Assembly (NCBI GenBank): GCA_023662705.1
Contig: JAMPIM010000001.1
Coordinates: 32,216-96,215, forward strand
Direction of reading: 5' to 3'
DNA: 64,000 nt
DNA from: Candidatus Gastranaerophilales bacterium
GTDB taxonomy: Bacteria > Cyanobacteriota > Vampirovibrionia > Gastranaerophilales > Gastranaerophilaceae
Shown: positions 18,930 through 29,394 of the stretch, one piece after another
Layout of the letters: every line of letters starts with the position of its first letter
Position numbering within the stretch: the first letter of the stretch is position 1
Notes under the pieces: model-generated
What the model saw: the letters and a program-made list of their open reading frames with translations, nothing else
Databases searched by the model: none
Told to the model about the DNA's origin: nothing
Translations under genes and position numbers: made by a program

Positions 18930-19653
18930 GTTTTTCGTATATGTTTCTCACAACAGTTTCTTCAAAACCTGCTTTTTTAAGCATGTTATCGATGCCCCAC
19001 CCATTTTCCAGTTCGCCGATAATGACCGAGTCGGAAGGGGTCAGTTTGTTTTTTAACACTTCTATCAATTTTTCTCTTGTCTGTTCGGCAAGGTAGACCC
19101 AAAAATTTCTGCATAAAATTACATTATTTTTAGGTGGAAGGTCATTTAGTGCTTCAAATATATCTGCTTGCTTGAATTTTATTTGTGATTTTAGCTTTTC
19201 GGTAGGAAGTACAGCCATAGGATAGCTGAAATTTGTTGATTTTGCCGGTGAAAAATACTTATATGACTCTGAGCGTGTGTGTTTATTAATCATATAAAAA
19301 TCTATATCAGAAATATTACAAGGTGAGTTTTTTGCATCATTAATCATTGTTTCATCAATGTCAGAGGCATAGATAGGGAAAAATTTCGCAGCTTTTGATT
19401 TAAGCTTTTCCATTAATATTACGGCTAAAGAAAAGGGTTCGGTGCCATCTGAGCAAGCTGTATTAATAATATTTACCTTATCTGTATTTTTGTATTTTTC
19501 ATCCAAAAATTTTACAAGGTTTTCCCAGTTTAAATCATTTCTAAAGAAATTAGTTTTATTTTTGTAAAGAAGCTTTTTGTCCTTAAACACTTGACGTGAA
19601 TTAGAACGAAAGTTTTGATTATTATTTATATTAGAAAGACTACACACATACAT
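18919..19653 (-). CDS. CheR-like protein-glutamate O-methyltransferase (SAM-binding domain only)
   Basis: Motifs FFRNDLNWENL, VNIINTACSDGTEPFSLAV, IYASDIDETMI and VILCRNFWVYL match the CheR methyltransferase domain. Confidence 0.65.
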   Translation of the reverse strand: MYVCSLSNINNNQNFRSNSRQVFKDKKLLYKNKTNFFRNDLNWENLVKFLDEKYKNTDKVNIINTACSDGTEPFSLAVILMEKLKSKAAKFFPIYASDIDETMINDAKNSPCNISDIDFYMINKHTRSESYKYFSPAKSTNFSYPMAVLPTEKLKSQIKFKQADIFEALNDLPPKNNVILCRNFWVYLAEQTREKLIEVLKNKLTPSDSVIIGELENGWGIDNMLKKAGFEETVVRNIYEKPKV

Positions 19654-19734
19654 TATTTGTATAGTGAACCATGAATAAAACTATTTGACAATAAGTATTT
19701 TGTTACATATACTTAAATTTTTACAGGAGAAATA

Positions 19735-21045
19735 ATGGAACAAGAACAAAATTTACAGTGGAGAGAATCAAGTTTTAAAGCAATAATACCTTTTATCGTG
19801 TTTGTATTGTTTTATTTCGGGTTTTCTTTATGGACGAGAGATTTTTCAAAAGTTCCGATGACAGTGGCATTTTTAATATCTTCGGGCGTAGCCTTGACTC
19901 TTAACCATAAAGAGAAACTTAATAAAAAGATAGAATTATTTGCTCAGGGAATGGGCAATAAAGATATTATGATAATGTGCCTTGTGTTTGTTCTTGCAGG
20001 TGCTTTTACTGCGAGTGCAAAAGCTGTTGGCGGTATTGAATCTGCTGTTTTGATAGCACAGAATTTTATTCCCGCACAGTTTATGGTTTTGGGTTTATTT
20101 GTAATCTCTGCACTGATTTCTTTATCAATCGGCACTTCTTGCGGTACTATTGCAGCAATTGTTCCGATTGCGGTTTCGATTTCTCAATCTTTTGGGATTA
20201 ATCCTTCTTTTGTACTCGGAGCTACTGTCGGCGGGGCAATGTTCGGGGATAATATGTCATTAATTTCGGATACCAAAATCGCTGCAAGCAGAACCCAGAA
20301 TGTCAGTATGCGTGATGAAATGTTATGTAACCTGAGAATTATCACTGTTCCTGCGATTTTATGTATTATACTTTATATGCTTCCGATGTTTGCAAGTACA
20401 AATACCGATATTGCAAATACAGCAATAACTTTAGATACTTATGTAAAAGTCAGTCCTTATATCTTGCTTCTAATTTTAGGGATTTCAGGGGTTAATGTTA
20501 TGTTTCTTTTGTTCTTTGGGACAATTCTGAATGTAATCATCGGACTTGCACATAATAGTTTCGGGTTATTTGATGTGTTTGGCTATATTGGCGATGGAAC
20601 CATAAGTATGGCAACAACTATTATTGTAGCAATGCTTGCAGGCGGATTACTTTTGCTAGTAAGATATAATGGCGGAATAACTTATATTATTAATGAAACC
20701 GGCAGATGGATTAAAGATAAACGAACCTGTGAAATCGGGATATGTTTTCTTGTGGGTTTGATTAATCTGTTTACTGCAAATAACACGGTTGCAATTATAA
20801 CATCAGGTTCTATTGCAAAAGAGCTCTCAGAAAAACATAAAATAGATTCTGTTAGAACCGCAAGTTTATTAGATACAACATCTTGTGTTGTACAGGGCAT
20901 GATTCCTTATGGAGCTCAAATCCTTATTGCGGCGAGTTTAGCTGCATCAATCGGTGCGACTTCGTTTACTATATTAAAAGGGATGTTTTATCCGCTTTTA
21001 ATGTCGTTGGGATTGATTGTTTCAGTATTAAGAACGAGAAAGTAA
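19735..21045 (+). CDS. Na+/H+ antiporter, NhaC family
   Basis: About 11 TM helices. The overall pattern resembles the NhaC family. Confidence 0.7.
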   Translation: MEQEQNLQWRESSFKAIIPFIVFVLFYFGFSLWTRDFSKVPMTVAFLISSGVALTLNHKEKLNKKIELFAQGMGNKDIMIMCLVFVLAGAFTASAKAVGGIESAVLIAQNFIPAQFMVLGLFVISALISLSIGTSCGTIAAIVPIAVSISQSFGINPSFVLGATVGGAMFGDNMSLISDTKIAASRTQNVSMRDEMLCNLRIITVPAILCIILYMLPMFASTNTDIANTAITLDTYVKVSPYILLLILGISGVNVMFLLFFGTILNVIIGLAHNSFGLFDVFGYIGDGTISMATTIIVAMLAGGLLLLVRYNGGITYIINETGRWIKDKRTCEIGICFLVGLINLFTANNTVAIITSGSIAKELSEKHKIDSVRTASLLDTTSCVVQGMIPYGAQILIAASLAASIGATSFTILKGMFYPLLMSLGLIVSVLRTRK

Positions 21046-21456
21046 TTTATTGATTCTTTCTAATATGGTTTCTCTGGGTTTATTGATTTCAGCTTGACGA
21101 TAATCATCTTCAATACAAGAACAAACTTTTTTTAGTGCTTTATTGTAAGCTTTATCATGAAATGGTTCTAGCATACGATTGACAGTTTCTATACCGATTG
21201 TTCTAAAATTCATGCAGTTTAAACTATTTGATGAAAGTATGAGTTGTTGTGTTGTTTTACAGCTGTCATAATCAAATTTCTCTTGTGTTTTTAAAGAATA
21301 TGTCCATGAATCATTAGATGCTTCCATCTTTTGTAAAAGTTTTTCAAATTTTTTCAATTGGCGATTACTGGCATAATCCATTGCTTTTTGAAGGTATTCG
21401 TTGTTGATGATTTTGCCTTGGAACGCTGTATTTGTTTGTATGTTATTAACCTGCAT
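21028..21456 (-). CDS. hypothetical protein; paralog of the 25071-25649 product
   Basis: It shares N-terminal MQVNNIQTNTAFQGK and C-terminal RETILERINKLL segments with the 25071-25649 protein (MLNNINNTTFGAK ... NRFLERLNAI). Confidence 0.5.
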   Translation of the reverse strand: MQVNNIQTNTAFQGKIINNEYLQKAMDYASNRQLKKFEKLLQKMEASNDSWTYSLKTQEKFDYDSCKTTQQLILSSNSLNCMNFRTIGIETVNRMLEPFHDKAYNKALKKVCSCIEDDYRQAEINKPRETILERINKLLSRS

Positions 21457-21459
21457 AAA

Positions 21460-22299
21460 TTACTCCTTTATAAGGTTAAACCTTGTAAAAAGATTTTTTG
21501 CTACAGGTAAATTTTCTACATTTAGTTTAGCAATCGGAACACTTTTGTTTGAACCGTGATAATCGCTTCCGCCTGTTACTGCTAAGTTATTTTTGTTAGC
21601 ACAAGCTACAAGGAATTCAATTTCTTCTTGGTTGTATCGTGAGTAATAACATTCAAGACCTTCTATTCCAAAAGATTTCATTGTTTCCAGTTTTGGCAGG
21701 AATTCTTCTTTTGAGATATGTCTTTCGCCTTCACCTCCAATAGGGTGTGCCCATACAGGTGTTCCGCCAGCGGATTTAATTGCGGAAATTGCTTCTTCTC
21801 CGGTAAATCTTGTATCACCTGCTTTGCAGCCATCAAGATATTTTTTCATTGCATCTTGATTGTTATCTGAAAGCCCGCGTTTTACCAGGACATTGGCAAT
21901 ATGGGTTTTAACAACGCTTTTGCGAGAATAAAGCCAGTTGAGTTCGTCTTTAGTGAGTTCAATATTCCAAATGTCTTTAAGATATTTTATTCTGGTTTCA
22001 AGTTTTGCTCTGCGCAGTTTTTTCCCTTTTTCAATAAGAGCAAGTAGTTCCGGATTATGATAATCAATTCCGTATCCTAAAATATGACATTTTATATCAC
22101 CTGCTTTACAGGTAAGTTCAACAGCAGGAATAAAACCTTCCGGCATGAGCTGTGCCATTTCTTCACATCCTGCAACTGTATCATGGTCAGTTAATGCAAA
22201 TATTTTTATGCCTGCAAGTTTAATTTGTTCAGCAAGTTCACGGACGGAATCACTTCCGTCCGAATAACTGCTATGAATATGTAAGTCTATTTTGTCCAT
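21460..22299 (-). CDS. PHP-domain metal-dependent phosphoesterase
   Basis: N-terminus IDLHIHSSYSDGSDSVRELAEQIKLAGIKIFALTDHDT is a PHP (polymerase/histidinol phosphatase) motif. Confidence 0.8.
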   Translation of the reverse strand: MDKIDLHIHSSYSDGSDSVRELAEQIKLAGIKIFALTDHDTVAGCEEMAQLMPEGFIPAVELTCKAGDIKCHILGYGIDYHNPELLALIEKGKKLRRAKLETRIKYLKDIWNIELTKDELNWLYSRKSVVKTHIANVLVKRGLSDNNQDAMKKYLDGCKAGDTRFTGEEAISAIKSAGGTPVWAHPIGGEGERHISKEEFLPKLETMKSFGIEGLECYYSRYNQEEIEFLVACANKNNLAVTGGSDYHGSNKSVPIAKLNVENLPVAKNLFTRFNLIKE

Positions 22300-22305
22300 T
22301 GCTTT

Positions 22306-23040
22306 TTATTTTACAAAGTAGGTTGCGTTTACGTTTGCGTTAATTTTTATTACTCCGTCAGAGATTGAGACTCCGCCGCCTGACATAGAAGTCGATGCTT
22401 CTGCAACATCAGCCATCATGTTTTTAGCCATATAGAATCTCTGGTTATGATAGTTATTTGTGCTGCAGCTTGTATCAAAAGTTCTGATACCATCGAGGTT
22501 TGAACCGGTTGCTTTTGCAATAATACCTGCTCTGGTTTTTGCTTTATCAGCAGCAATTGAAATTAAATCATTGCATTGTTGGTCATAGCTTGAAACAGAG
22601 AATGACAGGTTGTCTACATTTGTAGCACCTGCTGTAATTGCGCTGTCAATCATTTTTCCTACATTTTCGATAGATTTTGTGTGAACAATTACGCGGTTTG
22701 AAACCTGATATTTGTCAAAAACTCTTTTTGAATTAACGTAGTTATAAACAGGTGATGCATTAAAATCAGATGTTTTGATAAAATCGCCGTTTTGCGTATT
22801 AATCATTGATTTAAGCTCTGCAAAAACTTTGTCTGAAATTTCTTTGTTAGCTTTTGTTGCACTTTGCATTGATTTATTATCGTGGGTTTGTACAGCAAAT
22901 GAAATTTCTGCAACATCAGGCGCGATTTCTGTATTAGCGCTTGTGTTAACTGTAATATATCCTCTTTCAACAGCTGCCTGTACTGCGGCACCTGTACCTA
23001 AAATGCCTAAAACAGCCAATGAAACTAACATTTTTTTCAT
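22306..23040 (-). CDS. secreted SIMPL/DUF541-family protein (BP26/Omp28-like)
   Basis: Signal peptide. Sequence pattern consistent with the SIMPL domain. Confidence 0.6.
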   Translation of the reverse strand: MKKMLVSLAVLGILGTGAAVQAAVERGYITVNTSANTEIAPDVAEISFAVQTHDNKSMQSATKANKEISDKVFAELKSMINTQNGDFIKTSDFNASPVYNYVNSKRVFDKYQVSNRVIVHTKSIENVGKMIDSAITAGATNVDNLSFSVSSYDQQCNDLISIAADKAKTRAGIIAKATGSNLDGIRTFDTSCSTNNYHNQRFYMAKNMMADVAEASTSMSGGGVSISDGVIKINANVNATYFVK

Positions 23041-23085
23041 AATTATTTCTCCTCATACTACCTTCTAATTATACAATCTAAAATA

Positions 23086-24102
23086 TTAACGATTGCACAA
23101 ATGTTTTTGTTCATTTTTATTTAAAATTTGTAATTTTTCATTAACGCTAATATAAGCTTTAAAAATCTTGTTTGAAACTGTGTCGTCAAAAGCTTCTTGA
23201 ATTTTATCAAGAGGATATACGGTTGACAGGTTCTTGACGTTTACTTTTCCTGAAACAAGGAGCTCAAATGAATCTCTCAAATCAGCAGGGGATGGTGAAT
23301 AGCTGCCCATGACGGTTAATTCTTTGTAATAAATTTCGTTATTTGCATAGCCCCAATTGTTTGGAGTACTTGAGAAAACAAGTATTTTTCCGCCCATTTT
23401 GATATTTTTTAAAGCTGTATCAATTGCTTTGTCGGCTCCTGAGGTCATGAATACAGCATCTGCTTCAAAGTTTTCGGGTAAAGGTTTGATTCCCATTTGA
23501 TTCGCAAGTTCAAGTCTTTCTTTAATCAAATCGCATCCGTAAACATCGTATCCGAAAGCTTTTAAACCTTCGCCCATCAAAAGTCCGATTGAACCTAAAC
23601 CTACAACAAGGACTTTATCTTCCTTCTGTAAGTTACAGCGTTTGATTGCACGAATACAGCATCCTAAAGGTTCATAAAAAGAGATTTCTTCATCGCCCAT
23701 GTGCTCAGGTACTCTATAGGCAACTTGCTGTAAATGTTCTTCCGATACGAAAACTTTTTCGCTGAAACCGCCGGGAAATATGTTTGTAGCTTTAAAATGT
23801 GCACACATTGAATAGTTTCCGTGTTTGCAATATGTACATTCAAAACAAGGAATATGGTGAGAAGTTACAATTCTTTCTCCGGCTTTAAAATCAGTATCGG
23901 AATTTATTTCATCGATAATTGCAACAATTTCGTGTCCTAAAACAGCACCGTCTTTTACAATTTTGTGTTTGAATTTAACAATATCGGAACCGCAGAGCCC
24001 GCACCCGAGTACTTTGACGATTGCACCTTTTCTGCCGTCAAGTTTAATATCTTCGGTTTCATTGATTATAATTTGTTCGTTACTTACGATAGCTGTCTTC
24101 AT
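23086..24102 (-). CDS. zinc-dependent alcohol dehydrogenase family (threonine/sorbitol dehydrogenase-like)
   Basis: GCGLCGSDI catalytic-zinc motif. Structural-zinc cysteines CFECTYCKHGNYSMC. GLGSIG Rossmann motif. Confidence 0.8.
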   Translation of the reverse strand: MKTAIVSNEQIIINETEDIKLDGRKGAIVKVLGCGLCGSDIVKFKHKIVKDGAVLGHEIVAIIDEINSDTDFKAGERIVTSHHIPCFECTYCKHGNYSMCAHFKATNIFPGGFSEKVFVSEEHLQQVAYRVPEHMGDEEISFYEPLGCCIRAIKRCNLQKEDKVLVVGLGSIGLLMGEGLKAFGYDVYGCDLIKERLELANQMGIKPLPENFEADAVFMTSGADKAIDTALKNIKMGGKILVFSSTPNNWGYANNEIYYKELTVMGSYSPSPADLRDSFELLVSGKVNVKNLSTVYPLDKIQEAFDDTVSNKIFKAYISVNEKLQILNKNEQKHLCNR

Positions 24103-24983
24103 TTGTAATACTCCGATTTTATTTTTGCAAATTTTACGTTAGCATAAAAATATTTTAGAATCTGATAAGCATTATATCCTTTTTTAGCTAAGTTATTTGC
24201 GCCGTACTGGCTCATTCCGACTCCGTGTCCGTTCTTTTTGATTCCATCGTCAAATGAAGGTACGGATTTTAGAAACGCCAAATCTTTTGACCAGACCTGA
24301 CCTGCGGTTGTTGTTTTTCCGCCTGCTGAAGCTGAATAGTAAGCAGGAATAATTTTACCGTCATAAACCAGAACCAGACCTTCGGTTTCTGTTACCGCAT
24401 CGTTTGTTTGAGGAGTCTCAGCGCTTGCTCCGCCATAAGCTTGATCTTCAGGTGTATCTTTAAGGTCATAGCCGTGTTTTCCGCGTTTACCCAGATTTGC
24501 AAGAGCATAACTTCTTGCAGCAATTGCCTGAGCTTTGTGAGCATCGTGTTCCCATGATGGCGGCATCTCTGACGGTACTACTCCTTGAAGATATTTTTCA
24601 AGAGGAACATCATTTATTACGGTTAAACTCAATCCGTCGTTAACAACCTGAAAATGTCCTCTGTACCATTTCCTCTTTACGCTTACGAATCCGTTAGGTT
24701 CAGGTTTGATAACAATTTTGTTGCTGTTAATCTTTTTATACTGCCCGTCAACTTTTATTGCAATTACCCCTCTGTAGGGTTTGAATTCATATCCTTTCAT
24801 CTTATCCATGACGAAGATGAGTTTATTTGTCTTGCAGTCTATAATTTCCGCTTTGGTGGAAGATCCGATAAATGTACGGTTAACTTGGGTCTGGAGTCCG
24901 ATTTTTATAGCAAAACACGGCTGAATAAGTATCAGCAAAGCAAAAAATAAAAAAGCAATCTTTTTTATCTGTTTAACTAACAA
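24099..24983 (-). CDS. SpoIID/LytB-domain protein
   Basis: C-terminal block YYSASAGGKTTTAGQVW...GHGVGMSQYGAN is typical of SpoIID/LytB. Confidence 0.7.
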   Translation of the reverse strand: MLVKQIKKIAFLFFALLILIQPCFAIKIGLQTQVNRTFIGSSTKAEIIDCKTNKLIFVMDKMKGYEFKPYRGVIAIKVDGQYKKINSNKIVIKPEPNGFVSVKRKWYRGHFQVVNDGLSLTVINDVPLEKYLQGVVPSEMPPSWEHDAHKAQAIAARSYALANLGKRGKHGYDLKDTPEDQAYGGASAETPQTNDAVTETEGLVLVYDGKIIPAYYSASAGGKTTTAGQVWSKDLAFLKSVPSFDDGIKKNGHGVGMSQYGANNLAKKGYNAYQILKYFYANVKFAKIKSEYYK

Positions 24984-25070
24984 AATCTAACCTTTTCCCC
25001 CTCCCTATAATATTTTATACCAAAAATGCGTATGTGAAAAATAAAAGGAGTGAATTTTCACTCCTTTTAT

Positions 25071-25649
25071 TTACATAGATTCTTTTAAATTTAGAATATC
25101 TTCATCGCCATCAGCTATTGCATTAAGCCGTTCTAAAAATCTGTTATTTATTTTTGTTTCTTCAGCTTCAATTTTTGCAAGTTTTTTGCCGAAGCAGCCT
25201 GCTAAAAATTCAAATCTGCCTGCCATTACTTCATCACCTTTTTCGCGGCAGTTTTGAGCAATTAAAAGATTTCTTTTTTGTTCATGTTCAGCTCTGTATT
25301 TTCCGTCTTCAAAACCTAAACATGCACCTTCTCTTTTATTAAGTTCTTTCATTGCTTTTAGCGTTTTAACTAATTTTGTCACGATATCATTATCGGAAAG
25401 CGTTTCCATCATTGAATCCAAAGATGTTTTAAAGAATCCCCCGACAGCTTTATCTTGATTTGTTCCAAGATAATAACATTCCATGTTATTCCAATCTTCC
25501 CCTAGACGGGTCATTGATAATGTATCATTGATTTCAGCTGTTTTTTCGGCAAAAGCTTTTTGGATATTTTGTAATCTTACATTATCTTTTACTGGAGTTG
25601 TGATTCTTAATTTAGCGCCAAATGTAGTGTTGTTGATATTATTGAGCAT
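25071..25649 (-). CDS. hypothetical protein; paralog of the 21028-21456 product
   Basis: See the 21028 entry. No domain recognised. Confidence 0.5.
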   Translation of the reverse strand: MLNNINNTTFGAKLRITTPVKDNVRLQNIQKAFAEKTAEINDTLSMTRLGEDWNNMECYYLGTNQDKAVGGFFKTSLDSMMETLSDNDIVTKLVKTLKAMKELNKREGACLGFEDGKYRAEHEQKRNLLIAQNCREKGDEVMAGRFEFLAGCFGKKLAKIEAEETKINNRFLERLNAIADGDEDILNLKESM

Positions 25650-25723
25650 TACTTGCTGCCTCCTTTTTTGAAGTTAAAGTAGGTAAACAAACTTTTTTGC
25701 GCTCATGTAAATGTTTTGTTACA

Positions 25724-27592
25724 TTATGACTTTAGCATAACCATCAAAACAGAAATGTCAGCAGGCTTAACACCGCCTATGCGTGAAGCTTGAGCGAGGT
25801 TCGTAGGACGAACTTTTTCGAGTTTTTCGCGGGTTTCTGTAGAAATATGTTTTAATGTAGAATAGTCTAAATCAGCAGGAATTCTGTATTTTTCAAGTTT
25901 TTCAGAAGTTTCAACTTGATTTTCCTGTCTTTTTATATAGCCGTCGTATTTGATTAATACTTCAACTTCGCCTGCAATGTCTTCGCTTAAGTTAAGATTT
26001 TGGGTTTCAATATCCAACTCTCTGAGCACATCATAGGTAATATTAGGACGTTTAAGAAGTTCAGCCATTCTAACTCCGCGGTCAAGGTGTTCTGAGTATT
26101 TAGCTAATACTTCATTTGCTTCCTCGGTTGCGGAAATCTTTGTTTCGCCGAGTCTTGAGATTTCTTTTTGAATATTTTCCTGTTTGTCTTTGAATCTTGC
26201 ATATTGAGTATCGTCAATAAGCCCAATATCGTGGCCAATTGAGGTTAATCTTGAATCGGCATTATCCTGTCTTAAAAGAAGTCTGTATTCGGAACGAGAT
26301 GTAAGCATTCTGTAAGGTTCCTGAATATCTTTTGTTACCAAATCATCAATCAAAGTACCGATATATGAAGAGCTTCTTGAGAGTTCCAACATATCTGATG
26401 AGTTTAAATATTTAACTGAATTTATACCTGCAATCAAACCTTGCGCCGCTGCTTCTTCATAACCGCTTGTTCCGTTGATTTGACCTGCAAAGAATAACCC
26501 TTTAATATCTTTTGACATCAAAGAATGTGTTGTTTGTATTGCAGGAACGGAATCATATTCAACAGCATAAGCAGGTTTAATAATATGAGCATTCTCCAAT
26601 CCAGGTAAAGAGCGGAGCATTTCTACCTGAACACATGCAGGAAGGCTTGTTGAGAATCCCTGAATATAAACTTCATAAGTATTAAGACCTTCCGGTTCAA
26701 TAAAAATGTGGTGAGACGGATTTGATGCGAATCTTACGATTTTATCTTCGATAGACGGACAGTAACGCGGCCCTACACCTTGAATAAGTCCCTGATACAT
26801 TGGGGATTTATCAAGATTTTCGCGAATAATTTTATGTGTATCTTCATTTGTTCTTGTTAAATAACAAGGAACTTGAGGTCTTACAGGGCGGTTAGGTTTA
26901 AAAGAATAAAAACTTAATTTTTCATCCCCGGGTTGAATTGTCATATTTGAATAATCAATAGTTCTTTTATCAACACGAGCAGGAGTGCCTGTTTTTAATT
27001 TTTTTGTTCGGATTCCGTTATTTCTTAACCATTCTGATAATCCGATTGCAGCACGTTCGCCAAGTCGTCCGCCTGAGTATGCTTGAAGCCCGACATACAT
27101 TTTGCCTTCAAGAGAAGTTCCTGTTGTAAGGATAATTGCATCGCATTGATATTCAATGCCATATTCATCCATTGCGCCTGTAATTCTGCCGTCTCGGGTG
27201 CGTAGCTCTGTTATGCAGCACTGTTTAAGCCAGATATTCGGAGTGCTTTCAATAATATTACGCATATATTGCGAATATTCTTTTTTGTCGGATTGTGCTC
27301 TAAGTGCTCTTACAGCTGGGCCTTTTGATGAGTTAAGAGTTTTCATCTGGATATAAGTTGCATCTGCAACTTCGCCCATAACACCTCCCAGTGCATCAAT
27401 CTCGCGCACAAGAGTTGATTTTGCAGGGCCTCCTATTGCAGGGTTGCAAGGCTGCAGTGCAATGTTATCAAGGTTTAAGGTGCACAGTAATACTTTACAT
27501 CCTAAACGCGCAGCACCGATAGCAGCTTCGCATCCAGCATGACCGGCTCCAACTACGATTACATCAAATTTGTTTTTTAGATAATCCAACAT
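25724..27592 (-). CDS. mnmG: tRNA uridine 5-carboxymethylaminomethyl modification enzyme MnmG (GidA)
   Basis: FAD motif DVIVVGAGHAGCEAAIGAARLG. Conserved along its length. Confidence 0.9.
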   Translation of the reverse strand: MLDYLKNKFDVIVVGAGHAGCEAAIGAARLGCKVLLCTLNLDNIALQPCNPAIGGPAKSTLVREIDALGGVMGEVADATYIQMKTLNSSKGPAVRALRAQSDKKEYSQYMRNIIESTPNIWLKQCCITELRTRDGRITGAMDEYGIEYQCDAIILTTGTSLEGKMYVGLQAYSGGRLGERAAIGLSEWLRNNGIRTKKLKTGTPARVDKRTIDYSNMTIQPGDEKLSFYSFKPNRPVRPQVPCYLTRTNEDTHKIIRENLDKSPMYQGLIQGVGPRYCPSIEDKIVRFASNPSHHIFIEPEGLNTYEVYIQGFSTSLPACVQVEMLRSLPGLENAHIIKPAYAVEYDSVPAIQTTHSLMSKDIKGLFFAGQINGTSGYEEAAAQGLIAGINSVKYLNSSDMLELSRSSSYIGTLIDDLVTKDIQEPYRMLTSRSEYRLLLRQDNADSRLTSIGHDIGLIDDTQYARFKDKQENIQKEISRLGETKISATEEANEVLAKYSEHLDRGVRMAELLKRPNITYDVLRELDIETQNLNLSEDIAGEVEVLIKYDGYIKRQENQVETSEKLEKYRIPADLDYSTLKHISTETREKLEKVRPTNLAQASRIGGVKPADISVLMVMLKS

Positions 27593-27616
27593 AATCTAAT
27601 TATAGTATAAAAAATA

Positions 27617-28150
27617 TTATTTTTGTTTTTTTACTATTGCAGGAATCTTTGTGTTTAGAATTGCTAATGCATATTTATTATCGTTTTTGAAACAGTTTTC
27701 TGATGCAGCTAAGAAGCTGGCTTTGTCATTGAAATGATATCTATGTGAATATTGTATAGCAGAAATACCGCCGTTTTTGGCCATCTTGCATTTTACCAGA
27801 TTATATTCAATATATCCTTCATTTCCTTTACCATACATTAGTCCAAATGAAAAAGTATTGTCTTTAGAATTAAAACCTATTAATCGGAATTCCGGGTTTT
27901 TCGAAAGTGTGTTTATAAAATTGTTAATGTAATCAAATTCGCTTTCTTCTTTTGGTAAATACTGTACTGTTATCAAATCTGTCCAGTTTTCAAGTTTCTG
28001 TGAAGGAGCGATATAAGCATTCATAATGTTTGGCGAGTTTTTGAGTACTTTTTCAAGATGATATTCCTGATTCATAAAATTAACTGTTTCAGCATTTGCT
28101 AATGCACAGGTAAATAAAAATGCTGTCAAAATATAGAAAAATTTTTTCAT
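27617..28150 (-). CDS. secreted hypothetical protein; paralog of the 31093-31641 product
   Basis: Signal peptide MKKFFYILTAFLFTCALANA. SD AAGGGAGG 5 nt upstream of the ATG at 28150. It shares an ENW-x-x-LITVQY block with the 31093 protein. Confidence 0.55.
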   Translation of the reverse strand: MKKFFYILTAFLFTCALANAETVNFMNQEYHLEKVLKNSPNIMNAYIAPSQKLENWTDLITVQYLPKEESEFDYINNFINTLSKNPEFRLIGFNSKDNTFSFGLMYGKGNEGYIEYNLVKCKMAKNGGISAIQYSHRYHFNDKASFLAASENCFKNDNKYALAILNTKIPAIVKKQK

Positions 28151-28249
28151 AAAGTCCTCCCTTTTCAATATTATAATCTAAAAATGATTTAAACAGTAGT
28201 ACATTGTGTTGTTTTTGTATTTAAGGTATATTGGATGAGAGAGGTGCTT

Positions 28250-29392
28250 ATGTCAATAATTGTTCTTGATTCCAACGCTAATTCACGCGAAATTCTTAAA
28301 TCTTTTCTTGAAGAGTTGGGATTGAAAGATGATTTGAAACTTTTTGCGGATTATTTTAGCGGAATAGCAGAAATTAAATCTCAGGAGGCTCCTCCAATAG
28401 TTTTTGTTGATATTTCCAACGAAACCCCTGATTTAATTGAAACTGTTAAGAATATCAGGCTGTTAACAGATAAAATTGTTATAACATCAACCGATTATTC
28501 TACCGATACAATTGTGAAAGCAATGCGCCTCGGAGCACGAGAATTTTTGCCGAAGCCCGTTATTAAAAATGATTTGATACGTGTTGTTGAAATGCTTTCT
28601 AAACCTGAAACAGAACTTGAAATTACTGCATCAAAAATAATAACTGTTTATTCAAATAAAGGCGGAATCGGTAAAACTACAATAGCTTCAAACCTTGCAG
28701 CAGAAATTGCCAAGACAACTCATGATAAAGTTGCTCTTGTCGATTTGAATTTGCAGCTCGGAGATATTTCTACATTCTTGAATCTTAGTCCCGGTTTTGA
28801 TGTAGCTTATGTTATCAAAAATCTTATTGATAAAAAAGAAGACACCTTGCTTAGCGCATTTGAAAAATATAAAGATTCAAAGTTATATGTTTTGTCAGAT
28901 CCAAATTATATTGAACAATCGGAAAGTATTACACCGCAGCAAATTGAAAGTTTATTCAAAACTTTGAAAAAGAGTTTTCCGTATATTGTAGTTGATATGT
29001 CATCAAATATTGACCCGAACTCATTAAAAATTCTTGATTGTTCGGATTTGATTTTGTTCACAACAATTGTGAATATTCCTGCAATAAGAAATGCACAGAG
29101 ATGTCTGAATCTTTTTAAATCAAGACGTTATCCTTCTGATAAAGTTAAAATTATAATTAATCGTTTTATGGAAAACGATAGTATCACTGTTGAAGATATT
29201 GAAACGACTCTCGGTGAAAAAGTTTACTGGAAAATCCCGAATAATTATTTTTCAATTATGGAAAGTATTAATAAAGGTTTGACCGTGAGTGAAGTTAATA
29301 CAAACTCTAATATTGCAAACAGCTTCCGTAACCTTGCTTCAAGGATTTCGGATGATATAGTAGAATCGTCAATTATAAAGTACAGGATATAA
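28250..29392 (+). CDS. CpaE/TadZ-like protein: N-terminal receiver-like domain fused to a MinD/ParA-type ATPase
   Basis: REC-like N-terminal domain of about 120 aa. Deviant Walker A KIITVYSNKGGIGKTTIASNLAAEIAK. The ATG at 28250 follows the SD GAGAGAGG. Confidence 0.65.
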   Translation: MSIIVLDSNANSREILKSFLEELGLKDDLKLFADYFSGIAEIKSQEAPPIVFVDISNETPDLIETVKNIRLLTDKIVITSTDYSTDTIVKAMRLGAREFLPKPVIKNDLIRVVEMLSKPETELEITASKIITVYSNKGGIGKTTIASNLAAEIAKTTHDKVALVDLNLQLGDISTFLNLSPGFDVAYVIKNLIDKKEDTLLSAFEKYKDSKLYVLSDPNYIEQSESITPQQIESLFKTLKKSFPYIVVDMSSNIDPNSLKILDCSDLILFTTIVNIPAIRNAQRCLNLFKSRRYPSDKVKIIINRFMENDSITVEDIETTLGEKVYWKIPNNYFSIMESINKGLTVSEVNTNSNIANSFRNLASRISDDIVESSIIKYRI

Positions 29393-29394
29393 AA

